A stretch of 64,000 nt of DNA from Vulcanimicrobiota bacterium (lineage in GTDB: Bacteria > Vulcanimicrobiota > Vulcanimicrobiia > Vulcanimicrobiales > Vulcanimicrobiaceae). Of this stretch, positions 19,713-30,220 are shown piece by piece; the first letter of the stretch is position 1; every line of letters begins with the position of its first letter. The stretch is taken from positions 640,001 through 704,000 of the forward strand of contig CAWETW010000001.1 of NCBI GenBank assembly GCA_963812155.1, written 5' to 3'. The notes beneath the pieces are model-generated. The model did no database searches. It was not told the origin of the DNA and saw only the letters and a program-made list of their open reading frames with translations. The position numbers and the translations under genes were made by a program.

Positions 19713-20837
19713 TCAATGTGGAGGGCGGCCTCTCGGTCCGGCAACCATTCCATGCGGAACGCCTCCCCATACGCGGGGCGCCGCCATCATGCGCGGAGCT
19801 GAGGGCATGCGCGGAGCCGAGTGCATGCGCGGCGCCTGCGCGAACGCCGGGGCGCGGCGCGGAGCCGTTGCGAATCTCGCGTGCGCAGTTGAGGTTCTTG
19901 CGTGGGCCGTTGCGAATCTCGCGTGCGCGGCCGCGATGCGAGCGTGTGCGGCGGCGATGCGAGCGTGTGCGATCCGGGCATGTGCGGCCGCGATGCGAGT
20001 GTGTGCGGTCGCTATGCGAGCGTGTGCGGCTGCGCGACGGGCGTGGGCCGATGCAATCCTGGCGCGAGCGATTGCGTTTCGTGTGGCGACGTGGAAGGGC
20101 CGCACGGCGTGCGCGATTCGCGCGGGACCGATAACCCGGCGATGGACGATCGTTCCGTTTCGGCGCACGACGATCGTGTGGGTCACCCGAGCAACGCTAT
20201 TGTTGACGACCGAGTATGCCGCCGCCGGCGCCACCGAAAACGCCGGATTCACGGCCGCCATCGCGTAACCTGGATAGTACGAATACGCGGCGACCGCAGG
20301 GTATGGCGCGGGATAGACGGCTGCCGGATACGCCGTCGGATAGGCGGCGCCGTATAGCGGCGCGTTCACTGCCGACGCGACTAAGCCTAAGACGCCGAGG
20401 CCTACCGCTGCACCCAAGAGCGACCCGCTATACGCCGGATACACCGTGGGTGCGTACGGGGAGTACGCTACGGCAGGTGCGTACGGAGCGTATGTTACAG
20501 CAGGTGCGTACGGCACAGGCGGCGCGTACGTTACGGCGGGCGCATACGGTATCGCCGGCGCGTACGCCGGCGTAGGCGCATACGGTATTGGTGCGTATGC
20601 CGCCGCCGGCGCTACCGGACACCACACCCAACCAACGCCCGGCTGCCACACCATCTGGTTGTAACTCAACGGCGTGCAGTACGGCGTTTGGATCGGAGGG
20701 ATCGGCGGAGAATACGCGACGACACTCGGAGCGAATCCCGCGTAGAGAATCTGAGCATCGGCGGAAAGGGGGCTCATCAGCGCCGCGGCGGCGACGATCA
20801 GCCCAAGGATCAATCCTGCAAACTGTTCTTTTCTCAT
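19713..20837 (-). CDS. Secreted Tyr/Pro/Ala-rich repeat protein with His/Arg heptad tail
   Basis: RBS GAGGAAG before ATG 20837; signal peptide; C...WVWCP; YAP repeats; AHARIAA and APRM repeats. Confidence 0.8.
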   Translation of the reverse strand: MRKEQFAGLILGLIVAAAALMSPLSADAQILYAGFAPSVVAYSPPIPPIQTPYCTPLSYNQMVWQPGVGWVWCPVAPAAAYAPIPYAPTPAYAPAIPYAPAVTYAPPVPYAPAVTYAPYAPAVAYSPYAPTVYPAYSGSLLGAAVGLGVLGLVASAVNAPLYGAAYPTAYPAAVYPAPYPAVAAYSYYPGYAMAAVNPAFSVAPAAAYSVVNNSVARVTHTIVVRRNGTIVHRRVIGPARIAHAVRPFHVATRNAIARARIASAHARRAAAHARIATAHTRIAAAHARIAHARIAAAHARIAAAHARFATAHARTSTAHARFATAPRRAPAFAQAPRMHSAPRMPSAPRMMAAPRVWGGVPHGMVAGPRGRPPH

Positions 20838-21025
20838 ATGAGCTTCCTCACTGTTATATTGCACCCGCGCGCGTCGAGAGAAGCCGGTCGAGTATTAGCT
20901 TCCGATTAGAAGCCGGCGTCGATCTATCGGGCGCTCTGGAAGGCCGCCGAGGAAACAGCCGGGCGGCTCAGCCTTTCTCATCGTTTATCGCTGCGGCGCA
21001 TTGCCGCCCGTTGTAGAATCGCCGT

Positions 21026-21892
21026 ATGAGACGGGCAATTACGATCGCGATGGGAGTGCTGGCACTGTCGTGTAGTCTCGCGAAAACGCGAGCGCAGGAT
21101 GCCGCGCCGTCTTCGACGCCCGAGTCCTTTTATTCCGCGGCCGTCGCATCGATGCGCGCGTTGCCGCAACCACGATACCTCACCTACACGATAGATGGCG
21201 ACGGCGACAACCTGTCGATCGGCCTGCGAGTCATCCGGCATCTCGTCTGGCTGGAGATGACCACCGGGCCGGGGGCGTTTCCATCGGAATGGTCGATCCG
21301 TCATCGAACCGACGACTACGCATCCGAGATTACCGACTACGAGGGACGCAGGCTCGTCAGCACACGCGCCTTCTTCGACCCGACGTGGTACGGCGCGTTC
21401 CGGGCACTGCGCGACGGCATGCTCATGTATCAGCAACCCGAGCCGCCCGTCTCGGCGTCTGCGACGCCGACACCCGGACCTTCACCCGATTTACGGACGA
21501 TCGCCGTCGTTACCGTCATGGGCAGCGCAGTCTATCGGGTGGAAGACAAGGGTCCCGCGGTGTGCACCGACGGCGATGAAGGACACGCTCTGCATCTCGT
21601 CTCACGCGAACCGAACCCGCGCCATCAACTGGCCGACGTCGTCGTCGACTTGCGGAACATGCATTTCTGTACGATGCGATTCAACGTTCGCGAATCGGGC
21701 TTCAGCGGATCGGTCGAGCAACACTATGGAACCGTCGGTGGTTATTGGCTGCAGACCGACGGCGTCATCGAAACCGGCGTACGCACGTTGGGCTTCATGG
21801 TGGGCCACGGCGTGTGGCGCTACCGGCTGACGCAGATGAGTTTTCCCAGATCCCTTCCGGCGGAAACGTTTCTTAGCCCGCCGTATCAATAG
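21026..21892 (+). CDS. Secreted hypothetical protein
   Basis: Signal peptide, 288-aa ORF with normal coding composition. Confidence 0.7.
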   Translation: MRRAITIAMGVLALSCSLAKTRAQDAAPSSTPESFYSAAVASMRALPQPRYLTYTIDGDGDNLSIGLRVIRHLVWLEMTTGPGAFPSEWSIRHRTDDYASEITDYEGRRLVSTRAFFDPTWYGAFRALRDGMLMYQQPEPPVSASATPTPGPSPDLRTIAVVTVMGSAVYRVEDKGPAVCTDGDEGHALHLVSREPNPRHQLADVVVDLRNMHFCTMRFNVRESGFSGSVEQHYGTVGGYWLQTDGVIETGVRTLGFMVGHGVWRYRLTQMSFPRSLPAETFLSPPYQ

Positions 21893-22000
21893 CTTTCCGG
21901 AAGGGGCTCGGCGACGGCGACGTAATACCATGTGACCGCCAATCGCGGGACCGCACGAGTATATCGTGCGGATACTCGATTTGAAGGAATGGAGCACTTC

Positions 22001-23077
22001 ATGAGAGTTTCGAAGGTTTATCGGCCGGCGAGCATCTTTTTATTGACAGCAGTCGTATTGAGCGGCTGCGGCAAAGCCGGGAGTCAGTTTTCACCGCCGG
22101 CCGGATCGACGCCGATGGCGGCGGAAAACGGCCACCACGGCGGCGCGCATCCGGCAAATTGCACGCCCACGCTCTGGGCATCGTCGTTGAGCACCGGCAG
22201 AGTTAACGGATACCTGGCCGCAAATTCCGCGCCGTGCGTGAGTCTTCACGGATCCTACGCCGGCCTACATTTCCAACAACCGTACGCCGTGGCGATGGGC
22301 AGCAACCCCAACTACCTCTACGTCGCGGATCTGCTAAACGATCGCATCGTCGTCTTCGACGCCCAAGGCAACTACGTCAAGTGGCTGAACACGAAACTCG
22401 GAAATACCGACTACAATCCGTGGGGCGTTTGCGTCAGCCCCCAAGGCGTCGTGGGAGTTGGAAATATTCAGCAAGGCGCCGCGCAAGGCATCGTTGAGTT
22501 CTTTGCGCCAACCGCTCCGAGCGGCAGTCTGCCGACGGGGGACGCCACCGGGCAACTGCAGAGACAAACGTACTGCGCTTTCGACAGCGCAGGAAACTTT
22601 TTCGTGGAGGATGGTACGAGCAGCGGGACGTCGCACATCGACTATCTCGCCAGTGCCAACGTTGGTTTACCGGGCCAAACGCTCGTCGACGCGGGCCTTG
22701 GGAGCGGATCAACGTGGGTCGGGATGTATTCGCGAATCGACTCCCCCGCGGGCGACACGCTCAGCGTGGCGAGCAACACGCCGAATAACGCTGCGCAACT
22801 CGTGCAGACGTGGACCGTCAGTGGTCCGCCTGCCGGGCCGTTGACGCTTACGCCGTGCACGTGCTCGCCGTACCATTTCCACCAATTTCCGCATAACACC
22901 GGGAATATCGTCGACGGCGTGGCTCCGACAACCGGGGGAAGCGGCGGGTTTCTCTACTTCGCCGACTACGGCAAAGGGAGAATTCTTCAAGGTCCCGCCA
23001 ACGGCGGAGTGGTGACGACCTACGAAACGTTGCACGGCGCACTGGGGGTCGCGACCAATCCCGGCGGCCAATACTAG
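22001..23077 (+). CDS. Secreted beta-propeller lipoprotein
   Basis: RBS GGAG; VLSGC lipobox; NHL-like blades (YLYVADLLNDRIVVFD, PWGVCV). Confidence 0.75.
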   Translation: MRVSKVYRPASIFLLTAVVLSGCGKAGSQFSPPAGSTPMAAENGHHGGAHPANCTPTLWASSLSTGRVNGYLAANSAPCVSLHGSYAGLHFQQPYAVAMGSNPNYLYVADLLNDRIVVFDAQGNYVKWLNTKLGNTDYNPWGVCVSPQGVVGVGNIQQGAAQGIVEFFAPTAPSGSLPTGDATGQLQRQTYCAFDSAGNFFVEDGTSSGTSHIDYLASANVGLPGQTLVDAGLGSGSTWVGMYSRIDSPAGDTLSVASNTPNNAAQLVQTWTVSGPPAGPLTLTPCTCSPYHFHQFPHNTGNIVDGVAPTTGGSGGFLYFADYGKGRILQGPANGGVVTTYETLHGALGVATNPGGQY

Positions 23078-23160
23078 CGGCGCCGGATCGACCGTTCCGT
23101 AAACCTGAGAGGCTCGCCGTGTCAAAGGGGCGCGGCGAGCCGTAATGGTATGTACGCCGG

Positions 23161-23952
23161 GTGAAACTCCTCGAGGGAAAGCGCGCCTTGGTCACCGGCG
23201 TTGCGAATCGCTGGTCGATCGCCACCGGAATCGCGCGTAAACTGCACGAGCACGGCGCCAAGGTCGCGCTGACCTATCAAGGCGAGCGCGTCCGCGACGA
23301 GGTCGAGAAACTCGCAAAGGAGCTCGACGGCGCGCACGTGGTGGAGTGCGACGTCTCGCGCGACGAATCGCTGGAAGCGATGCGAGCCGATCTCGCGAAA
23401 AGCTTCGGCTCGATCGACGCGCTGGCGCACTCGATTGCGTTTGCGAACAAGGAAGATCTCGCCGGTAAGGTTTTCGATACGTCGCGCTCGGGTTTTGCAC
23501 TCTCACTCGACGTCTCATCGTATTCGCTGATCGCGTTGGTGAATGCGCTGCGCGAGGGCCTGAACGACGGCGCCTCGGTGGTTGCCCTGACGTACCTCGG
23601 CGCCACGCAGATCGTGCCGAACTACAATTTAATGGGCATCTCGAAGGCGGCACTTGAATCGATCGTGCGCTACCTCGCCTACGACCTCGGCGATCGGGGG
23701 ATTCGGGTCAACGCCATTTCGGCGGGCCCGATCAAGACGGCGAGTTCCCGTCAAGTCGGCGGGTTCTCGCGCATTCTCGACGTCGTGCCCAAGGTCGCGC
23801 CGCTGCGGCGCAACGTTACGCCGGAAGACGTCGGCAATGCGGCCGTCTTTCTTGCGTCGGATCTTTCGTCGGCGATTACGGCGGACGTCCATTTCGTTGA
23901 TGCCGGATATCACATGATGGGCATGTATCCACCGGATTTTGGGTCGGCGTGA
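23161..23952 (+). CDS. fabI: Enoyl-ACP reductase
   Basis: LVTGVANRWSIA, HSIAFA, YNLMGISKAALE, VNAISAGPIKT. Confidence 0.95.
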   Translation: MKLLEGKRALVTGVANRWSIATGIARKLHEHGAKVALTYQGERVRDEVEKLAKELDGAHVVECDVSRDESLEAMRADLAKSFGSIDALAHSIAFANKEDLAGKVFDTSRSGFALSLDVSSYSLIALVNALREGLNDGASVVALTYLGATQIVPNYNLMGISKAALESIVRYLAYDLGDRGIRVNAISAGPIKTASSRQVGGFSRILDVVPKVAPLRRNVTPEDVGNAAVFLASDLSSAITADVHFVDAGYHMMGMYPPDFGSA

Positions 23953-24131
23953 AGGCGCCGGGGGCGGACGAACTTGCCGCAATCGCCGTCGCGCTCGCCG
24001 TCGCTACGCGGACCGATGATACTGCGGCGAGAGAAGTGCACGTAGCACCTTGGTTGCTGGCGATGCGCTATCCGGAACTCGAGTTCGACGACTTGCTTTC
24101 GCTCAGACACGCGTGTTCGACAAGATCCTAA
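23949..24131 (+). CDS. Small protein, acyl-CoA carboxylase epsilon-subunit-like
   Basis: 60 aa; PGADELAAIAVALA...W pattern; coupled between fabI and biotin carboxylase. Confidence 0.5.
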   Translation: MKAPGADELAAIAVALAVATRTDDTAAREVHVAPWLLAMRYPELEFDDLLSLRHACSTRS

Positions 24132-25938
24132 TCGCCAATCGCGGCGAGATTGCGGTTCGCGTCGCGCGCACGGCGCGTGAAATGGGCATCGCAACGGTTG
24201 CCGTCTATTCGGAACCCGACCGCGATGCACTCCACGTGCGGATGGCGGACGAAGCATACCTGATCGGCCCCGCGCCTCCGTCGCAAAGCTACCTCGACGG
24301 CGCAAAGCTCGTCGCCGTCGCATTGCGTGCCGGCGCACAAGCGGTCCATCCCGGTTACGGATTTCTCGCCGAAAACGCCGCCTTCGCGCGTGACGTGACC
24401 GCGGCAGAACTGACGTGGATCGGACCGCACGCCGATGCGATAGAGGCGATGGGCGACAAACTGCGCGCGCGGTCGGCAATGCAGGCCGCCGGCGTTCCGA
24501 TCGTTCCCGGGGGCACCGAGCTTATTGCGGATGCGTCTGCCGCACGCCGGGCCGCCGAAGCGTTTGGATTGCCGTTGGCGCTGAAAGCGTCCGCCGGCGG
24601 CGGCGGCAAGGGTCTCAAGGTCGCGCGTACGGCCGAGGAGATCGAATCGGCGTTCGAAACGGCTCGCCGCGAAGCTGAAACCTACTTTAAGAACGGCACG
24701 ATTTACGCCGAGCGATATCTCGAGAATCCGCGCCATATCGAACTTCAGGTGCTGGCCGACAAGCACGGTCGGATCGTACACGTCGGCGAGCGCAACTGTT
24801 CGTTGCAGCGGCGTCATCAAAAACTGTGGGAAGAGGCGCCGGTTACGCTCCCGCACGCGTTGCGGCAGCGAATGCGCGAAGCGGCGGTCGCAGCTGCGCG
24901 CGCGATCGGCTACGATTCGGTGGGCACGATCGAATGTCTCGTCTCGGGCGACGAATTCTATTTTCTCGAGATGAATACGCGGATTCAGGTGGAGCACACG
25001 GTAACTGAGATGGTTTCCGGCCTGGATTTAGTTCGCGAGCAGATCCGCGTTGCGGCCGGCGAGCCGCTGGGGTTTACGCAGGACGATATTGCGTTCTCGG
25101 GATGGGCGATCGAGGGGCGCGTGAACGCGGAGGATCCGGCAAACGATTTTCGCCCTGCGCCGGGGAGGATCACCGCGTATCGCGAGCCGGCCGGGCTTGG
25201 CGTGCGCGTCGATTCGGCGGCGTTCGCCGGTTGGACGATTTCGCCCGACTACGATTCGATGATTGCGAAACTCGTCGTCTGGGCGCCGACGCGTTCCCAG
25301 GCAATTGCGCGGTTACGCCGGGCGATCGACGAGTACGTCGTCAAGGGCGTGCCGACGACGCTGCCGCTGCTGCGAGCACTGTGCGACCAACCCGAAGTCG
25401 TAAACGACACGTACGGCACCGCAACGCTCGAAGCGTTCGCGCGTACGTTGGGGAACGCTCCTTCGACTGCGCTCGCTAACGCTCGCTTCGCTCAGGATGA
25501 CACAAAAAGCTTCGCTCAGGATGACACAAAAAGCTTCGCTCAGGATGACACAAAAAGCTTCGCTCGGGATGACACCGGTGAAGAGACGCAATTCGCGTCG
25601 AGGTGAACGATCGGCTCTTTCGCGTACGGCTCGTCGATCTTCCGCAGAAAAGCGGAAACGCGAACGGGGCGGTGCGCCGGCAGGCGCCTCGGCTCGGCGG
25701 AGTTGCAAAGTCGAAGAGCGCAATCGGGAACGCGGTATTGTCGCCGATGCACGGCATCATCGTCGACATCGGCGTCGCCGCGGGCCAGCGCGTCGAAGAG
25801 GGACAAGTCGTCGCAGTGGTTGAGGCGATGAAAATGATGAACGAGATTCGAGCCGAGCGCGGCGGGACGGTGGCACGCATTCACGGCACCGCCGGCGATG
25901 CGGTCGAGGCCGGTTCGCCGCTCGTCACCTTGACGTGA
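24113..25938 (+). CDS. Fused biotin carboxylase-BCCP (acyl-CoA carboxylase alpha subunit); frameshift near 25590; REP-derived insert in linker
   Basis: VFDKILIANRGEIA, HPGYGFLAEN, GGGGKG, EMNTRIQVEH, YDSMIAKL; downstream frame IRVEVNDRLFRVRL...EAMKM biotinylation motif. Confidence 0.88.
25460..25575 (-). repeat. REP-like element plus 24-bp tandem repeat (about 3.8 units) inside the carboxylase gene
   Basis: GCTTCGCTCAGGATGACACAAAAA at 25485, 25509, 25533, partial variant at 25557; encodes FAQDDTKS repeats. Confidence 0.92.
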
Positions 25939-26822
25939 GGTTCTTACTCGGCGTCGTCGCGTTCGCCTCGCTGGTGTATGCGAGCGCGTGGAATCAGGCG
26001 CCGGCGCAAACGCCCGTCGCCTCGCCCGCGCCGGCCGCATCAGCGGCACCGGCGGCAACTCCGGCCGCTTCTCCTTCTCCGCCGAGCGATCCGTGCGGTT
26101 CGATATTGTCGATCGTGAACCGGCCGACGTTCGGCACCGGCGTCTGCACCGTTCGCACCGGTGAATTCGACATCGAAAACGGCTACACGAACACCGTGAC
26201 GACGGGCAGCGGCGGCGGCAACTTCGTCGTCTATCCGCAGTCGCTGATTCGCTTCGGCACGTTCGATCCGCATTTCGATCTCGAGTTCGGGGCGCCGAGC
26301 GAAGCGCGCACCTCGGTGGGCGCTCCGGTCGTTTCAGGCGCGACCGATCTCAGTCTCGGAGCTAAATACGAACTCGGGTACACGTCGAACTTCCTGTATG
26401 GCGTTAACGCCGTCGTCACGGTTCCCAGCGGCACGCACGCGTTCACGGCGGGCAACGCGCAGTTTACGGGCAACTTCAACTGGGCGTATACGGTCAACTC
26501 CGTCATCGGCGTAGCCGGGACGCTCGGTGCCAATGCATTCAGCGGCGCGAACTCCTCCGGTGCACCGCAATCGTATTTCGCGTTTACGCCGACGCTCAGC
26601 GTTACGGCCGCGCTTCCGGGTCCCTCGGAGCTCATTGCGGAGTATGCCTTCTTCTCCTCGGCCGGCCCGAACTTAGGCGGCAAGAGTTGGTTCGATTTCG
26701 TCTACGTGCGCGACTTCGGCGGCTCGGTACAGTTCGACGTCGAGTACGGATTTTCGCCCACCCTTATCGGCGGCCAGCGCCAGCACTACGTGGGAGCCGG
26801 CCTGTCGTTTTTGCATCAGTAA
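25935..26822 (+). CDS. Putative outer-membrane beta-barrel ('transporter'/MetA-pathway-like family)
   Basis: Signal peptide, PA-rich linker, NRPTF...TV..G motif, alternating beta-strands, terminal GAGLSF. Confidence 0.6.
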   Translation: MRFLLGVVAFASLVYASAWNQAPAQTPVASPAPAASAAPAATPAASPSPPSDPCGSILSIVNRPTFGTGVCTVRTGEFDIENGYTNTVTTGSGGGNFVVYPQSLIRFGTFDPHFDLEFGAPSEARTSVGAPVVSGATDLSLGAKYELGYTSNFLYGVNAVVTVPSGTHAFTAGNAQFTGNFNWAYTVNSVIGVAGTLGANAFSGANSSGAPQSYFAFTPTLSVTAALPGPSELIAEYAFFSSAGPNLGGKSWFDFVYVRDFGGSVQFDVEYGFSPTLIGGQRQHYVGAGLSFLHQ

Positions 26823-26835
26823 TCGCGGCCCTTCG

Positions 26836-26907
26836 CCCTTCGACTTCGCGTGCTTCGCACGCTGCGCTCAGGGTGACACCAATAGGCTCGCGGCGGTTAG
26901 GATGACA
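26836..26907 (-). repeat. REP-like element copy plus partial end
   Basis: Minus strand GTGTCACCCTGAGCGCAGCGTGCGAAGCACGCGAAGTCGAAGGG (26836-26879); TAGGATGACA at 26898-26907. Confidence 0.85.
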
Positions 26908-26951
26908 AAGCCGAAGGTTGTGGAAGGGACTGCGCTACAGGAGGATACGCG

Positions 26952-28193
26952 ATGAATAGTGTGCCGGCTTTCAACATCGGAAACACCGCCTTTATGTTAT
27001 TGTGTGCGAGCCTGGTGATGCTCATGACGCCCGGGCTCGCGTTTTTCTACGGCGGGCTCGTGCAGCGCAAGAACGTGCTCACGATCATGATGCAAAGCTT
27101 CATGTCGCTGGGATGGACGACCGTGCTGTGGTTTGCATTCGGCTATTCGGAATCGTTCGGACCGACGTGGCACGGCATCATCGGAAACCCGACCACCTAC
27201 GCGTTTCTTCACGGCGTCACGCTGAAGACGATGTTTACGGGCAACGACGCGGGCATACCGCTCATCGTCCACATCGCCTATCAAATGATGTTCGCGATCA
27301 TCACTCCCGCGCTCATCACCGGAGCGTTCGCCAACCGCGTAACGTTCAAAGCCTACTTCTGGTTCTTGACGGGCTGGCTGGTCTTCGTCTATTTCCCGTT
27401 CGTGCACATGCTGTGGAGTCCCGACGGCATTTTGGCGAAGTGGGGCGCGCTCGATTTCGCCGGCGGCATCGTCGTGCACGCGTCGGCGGGATTCGCCGCG
27501 CTCGCGTCGGTGCTCTACGTCGGCCGCCGTCACGTGGTGGAAGGCAAACCGCACAACGTTCCGCTCATTGCGCTGGGCACCGGTTTGCTGTGGTTCGGCT
27601 GGTACGGTTTCAACGCCGGCTCCGAGCTGCGCGTCGATGCGGTGACCGCTTCGGCATTTCTCAACACCGACATCGCGGCGTCGTTCGCGGCGATTACGTG
27701 GCTACTCATCGAGTGGGCGAGCGGCCGCCAACCGAAGTTCGTTGGTCTGCTCACCGGCGCGGTCGCCGGCTTGGCGACGATCACGCCCGCGGCCGGCTAC
27801 GTGTCACCGACCACCGCGGTCATCATCGGCGTCGCTGCTGGCCTCGTGTGTTACTACGCGGTCGCGCTGAAGAACCGGCTAGGTTGGGACGATGCACTCG
27901 ACGTGTGGGGCGTTCACGGCGTCGGCGGGTTCTTGGGCATCGTGCTGCTCGGCGTCTTCGCTTCGACGCTGTGGAATCCGAACGGCGCCGACGGTTTGCT
28001 GCGCGGCAATCCGGCGTTCCTCGGCAAGCAGTTCGTCTCGGCGCTGGTTTGCAGCGCGTGGGCCTTCGGCTTTACCTACGGCATGCTGTATCTCATCAAT
28101 TTCATCACGCCGGTGAAGGTCGACGAAGCGACCGAGCAGGCTGGACTCGACGCGGCGCTCCACGGTGAGGAGGCGTACCCGTTAGGCGTCTAG
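26952..28193 (+). CDS. amtB: Ammonium transporter
   Basis: RBS GGAGG; MTPGLAFFYGG, DFAGGIVVH, WFGWYGFNAGS, DDALDVWGVHG. Confidence 0.95.
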   Translation: MNSVPAFNIGNTAFMLLCASLVMLMTPGLAFFYGGLVQRKNVLTIMMQSFMSLGWTTVLWFAFGYSESFGPTWHGIIGNPTTYAFLHGVTLKTMFTGNDAGIPLIVHIAYQMMFAIITPALITGAFANRVTFKAYFWFLTGWLVFVYFPFVHMLWSPDGILAKWGALDFAGGIVVHASAGFAALASVLYVGRRHVVEGKPHNVPLIALGTGLLWFGWYGFNAGSELRVDAVTASAFLNTDIAASFAAITWLLIEWASGRQPKFVGLLTGAVAGLATITPAAGYVSPTTAVIIGVAAGLVCYYAVALKNRLGWDDALDVWGVHGVGGFLGIVLLGVFASTLWNPNGADGLLRGNPAFLGKQFVSALVCSAWAFGFTYGMLYLINFITPVKVDEATEQAGLDAALHGEEAYPLGV

Positions 28194-28237
28194 TTCCGCG
28201 CTGCAATTTCGCACGCCCCGTTGCGGCGGCGCTCGCG

Positions 28238-30220
28238 TTGCTTTGCGCAACCGGCGCCGCCGCCCCGGCGATCGTCAAATCCGACGATTACCGTTTGCTC
28301 GTCAAGTTGTCGTCGCCGGCGCTTGCGCCCGACGGCACGCGGGCGGCGCTCGTCGTTTCGCACACCGTCTGGGACGATAATCGCAGGACCGACGATTTAG
28401 TTCTCGTCGACTTGCGGACGAAAACCCAGCAAACGATCGTCAACGGCGGCAAAGATGTGTCGACTCCGGTGTTTTCGCCCGATGGTTCCAAGCTTGCCTA
28501 TCTCGCGCCCGACGGAACCGGCGACGACGCCCATGCGCAAATCTACGTGAGCGCGCTCGACGGAAGTGCGCCCCGCGCCATTACCGCATTGAAAACCGAC
28601 GTGGACGTGTTCGCGTGGCGCCCCGACGGTCAAGGCGTCGCCTACGCAGCGACCGATCCCGATCCCGTCCGCAGCGGCGCCGATCGTTTCCGCAATAGTT
28701 TCGTCTTCACGACCGAACCGATCGTCGCGCACTCCGAGCCAAAGCCGGATCACTTGTTCGTCGCGGATCTTACCGGCGGCGTTCCCGTACAATTGACGTC
28801 CGGCACGCAAAGCGTCGCCGGCGACTCGACGATTTCGTGGTCGCCCGACGGCAAAGCGATCGCCGTGACGGTCTCCCGTAACGGCGTGCTCAACGATCAA
28901 AGTTATTCGCGCATCGCGCTGGTGGACGTGGCGACCAAGGACGTGCGCTACCTCACCGGCCGGACCATGTGGGAAGGCGGTCCCCTGTTTTCGCCCGACG
29001 GCTCGCACATCGCCTACGCCGTGTCGAACGCGGATCCGCAGGTCAGTCTCTCGCAGCTCTTCGTTACCACGCCTTCCGGCGGTAAGGGTTACGCCGTCGG
29101 CACGTCGCTAGATCGCAACGTTTCCGGCGCGGCCTGGGCGAGTGATTCGCAAAGCCTCGTCGGCGTCTTCGAAGACCGCACGACGAACGCGCTGTATCGC
29201 ATTCCGTTGCACGGCACGCCGCAGCGCCTCGACACGGCCGACGTGACGCCCGGCATTCCGGGCACGACGACCGGCTCCGCCGATCCGCCCAATCTTCCCG
29301 GCGCGATCGCCAGCGACGGCTCGATCGCGTTCATCGCGACGTCCACCGCGCAGCCGCCCGAACTCTACGTGCGCGCGGCCGCCGGAAGCGTCGCGAAAAT
29401 CACCGACTTCAACGCCGCGCTCGCCGCGTTTTCATGGGGAGCCGCGCAGCGCGTGACGTTCCCAACCAGTACCGGCGTCACCGCCGACGGCGTGCTCTAC
29501 GAGCCGCCGGGTTTCTCGCCGGGCCGGCGTTATCCACTCATCGTGTACGTGCACGGCGGTCCGGACGATCCTTCGATGATCGAGTTCGACTTTTGGGCGC
29601 AAGTGATGGCGGCGCGCGGCTGGCTCGTGCTGCGGCCGAACTATCGCGGCAGCCCGAACCTCGGAATACGCTACCAGCGCGCGATCCTGTACGATCCGGA
29701 AGACGGTCCGGGAAAAGACATCATGGCGGCGGTTGCCGCTATCGAGTCGCGCGGCATCGTCGATCGCGGACGCATTGCGGTGTGCGGCTGGTCGTACGGC
29801 GGTATCATGACGGCGTGGTTGATTTCGAAGTATCACATTTGGAAGGCGGCGGTCTCCGGTGCGTCGGTCAACGATTGGATCACCGACTACGGCACGGCCG
29901 ACGATAGTCTCGCCGATGCCGACCTCTTCCACGGATCGCCGTTCGTCGCGAAGAACGCGGCAGAGTGGCGACGCGCATCGGCGATCGAGTACGTGCGCGA
30001 CGTCACGACGCCCGTGCTCATTCTTTCCGACGTCGGCGACAATCGCGACCCCTTCGCGACCTCGTCCATGTACTGGCGCGCGCTGCGCGACAACGGCAAG
30101 GATGCAACGCTGCGCGTGTGGCCGGTCGCCGGACATTTCCCCAGTGACCCGGTGCGAACCGTCGACATCTATCACTATTGGATTGACTATATCGCAACGC
30201 ATTTTGGCGAAACGCCGTGA
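28238..30220 (+). CDS. S9 family peptidase (acylaminoacyl-peptidase-like) with PD40 propeller
   Basis: Repeated SPDG; VHGGP, NYRGS, GWSYGG, DNRD, GH; start uncertain. Confidence 0.9.
   Translation: MLCATGAAAPAIVKSDDYRLLVKLSSPALAPDGTRAALVVSHTVWDDNRRTDDLVLVDLRTKTQQTIVNGGKDVSTPVFSPDGSKLAYLAPDGTGDDAHAQIYVSALDGSAPRAITALKTDVDVFAWRPDGQGVAYAATDPDPVRSGADRFRNSFVFTTEPIVAHSEPKPDHLFVADLTGGVPVQLTSGTQSVAGDSTISWSPDGKAIAVTVSRNGVLNDQSYSRIALVDVATKDVRYLTGRTMWEGGPLFSPDGSHIAYAVSNADPQVSLSQLFVTTPSGGKGYAVGTSLDRNVSGAAWASDSQSLVGVFEDRTTNALYRIPLHGTPQRLDTADVTPGIPGTTTGSADPPNLPGAIASDGSIAFIATSTAQPPELYVRAAAGSVAKITDFNAALAAFSWGAAQRVTFPTSTGVTADGVLYEPPGFSPGRRYPLIVYVHGGPDDPSMIEFDFWAQVMAARGWLVLRPNYRGSPNLGIRYQRAILYDPEDGPGKDIMAAVAAIESRGIVDRGRIAVCGWSYGGIMTAWLISKYHIWKAAVSGASVNDWITDYGTADDSLADADLFHGSPFVAKNAAEWRRASAIEYVRDVTTPVLILSDVGDNRDPFATSSMYWRALRDNGKDATLRVWPVAGHFPSDPVRTVDIYHYWIDYIATHFGETP

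Noticed and set aside
24098..24110. TTCGCTCAGACAC as a REP remnant
   Set aside because: Short gapped match inside coding sequence; insufficient support
25485..25575. Possible CRISPR or iteron array
   Set aside because: Head-to-tail 24-mers with no spacers, derived from the REP end
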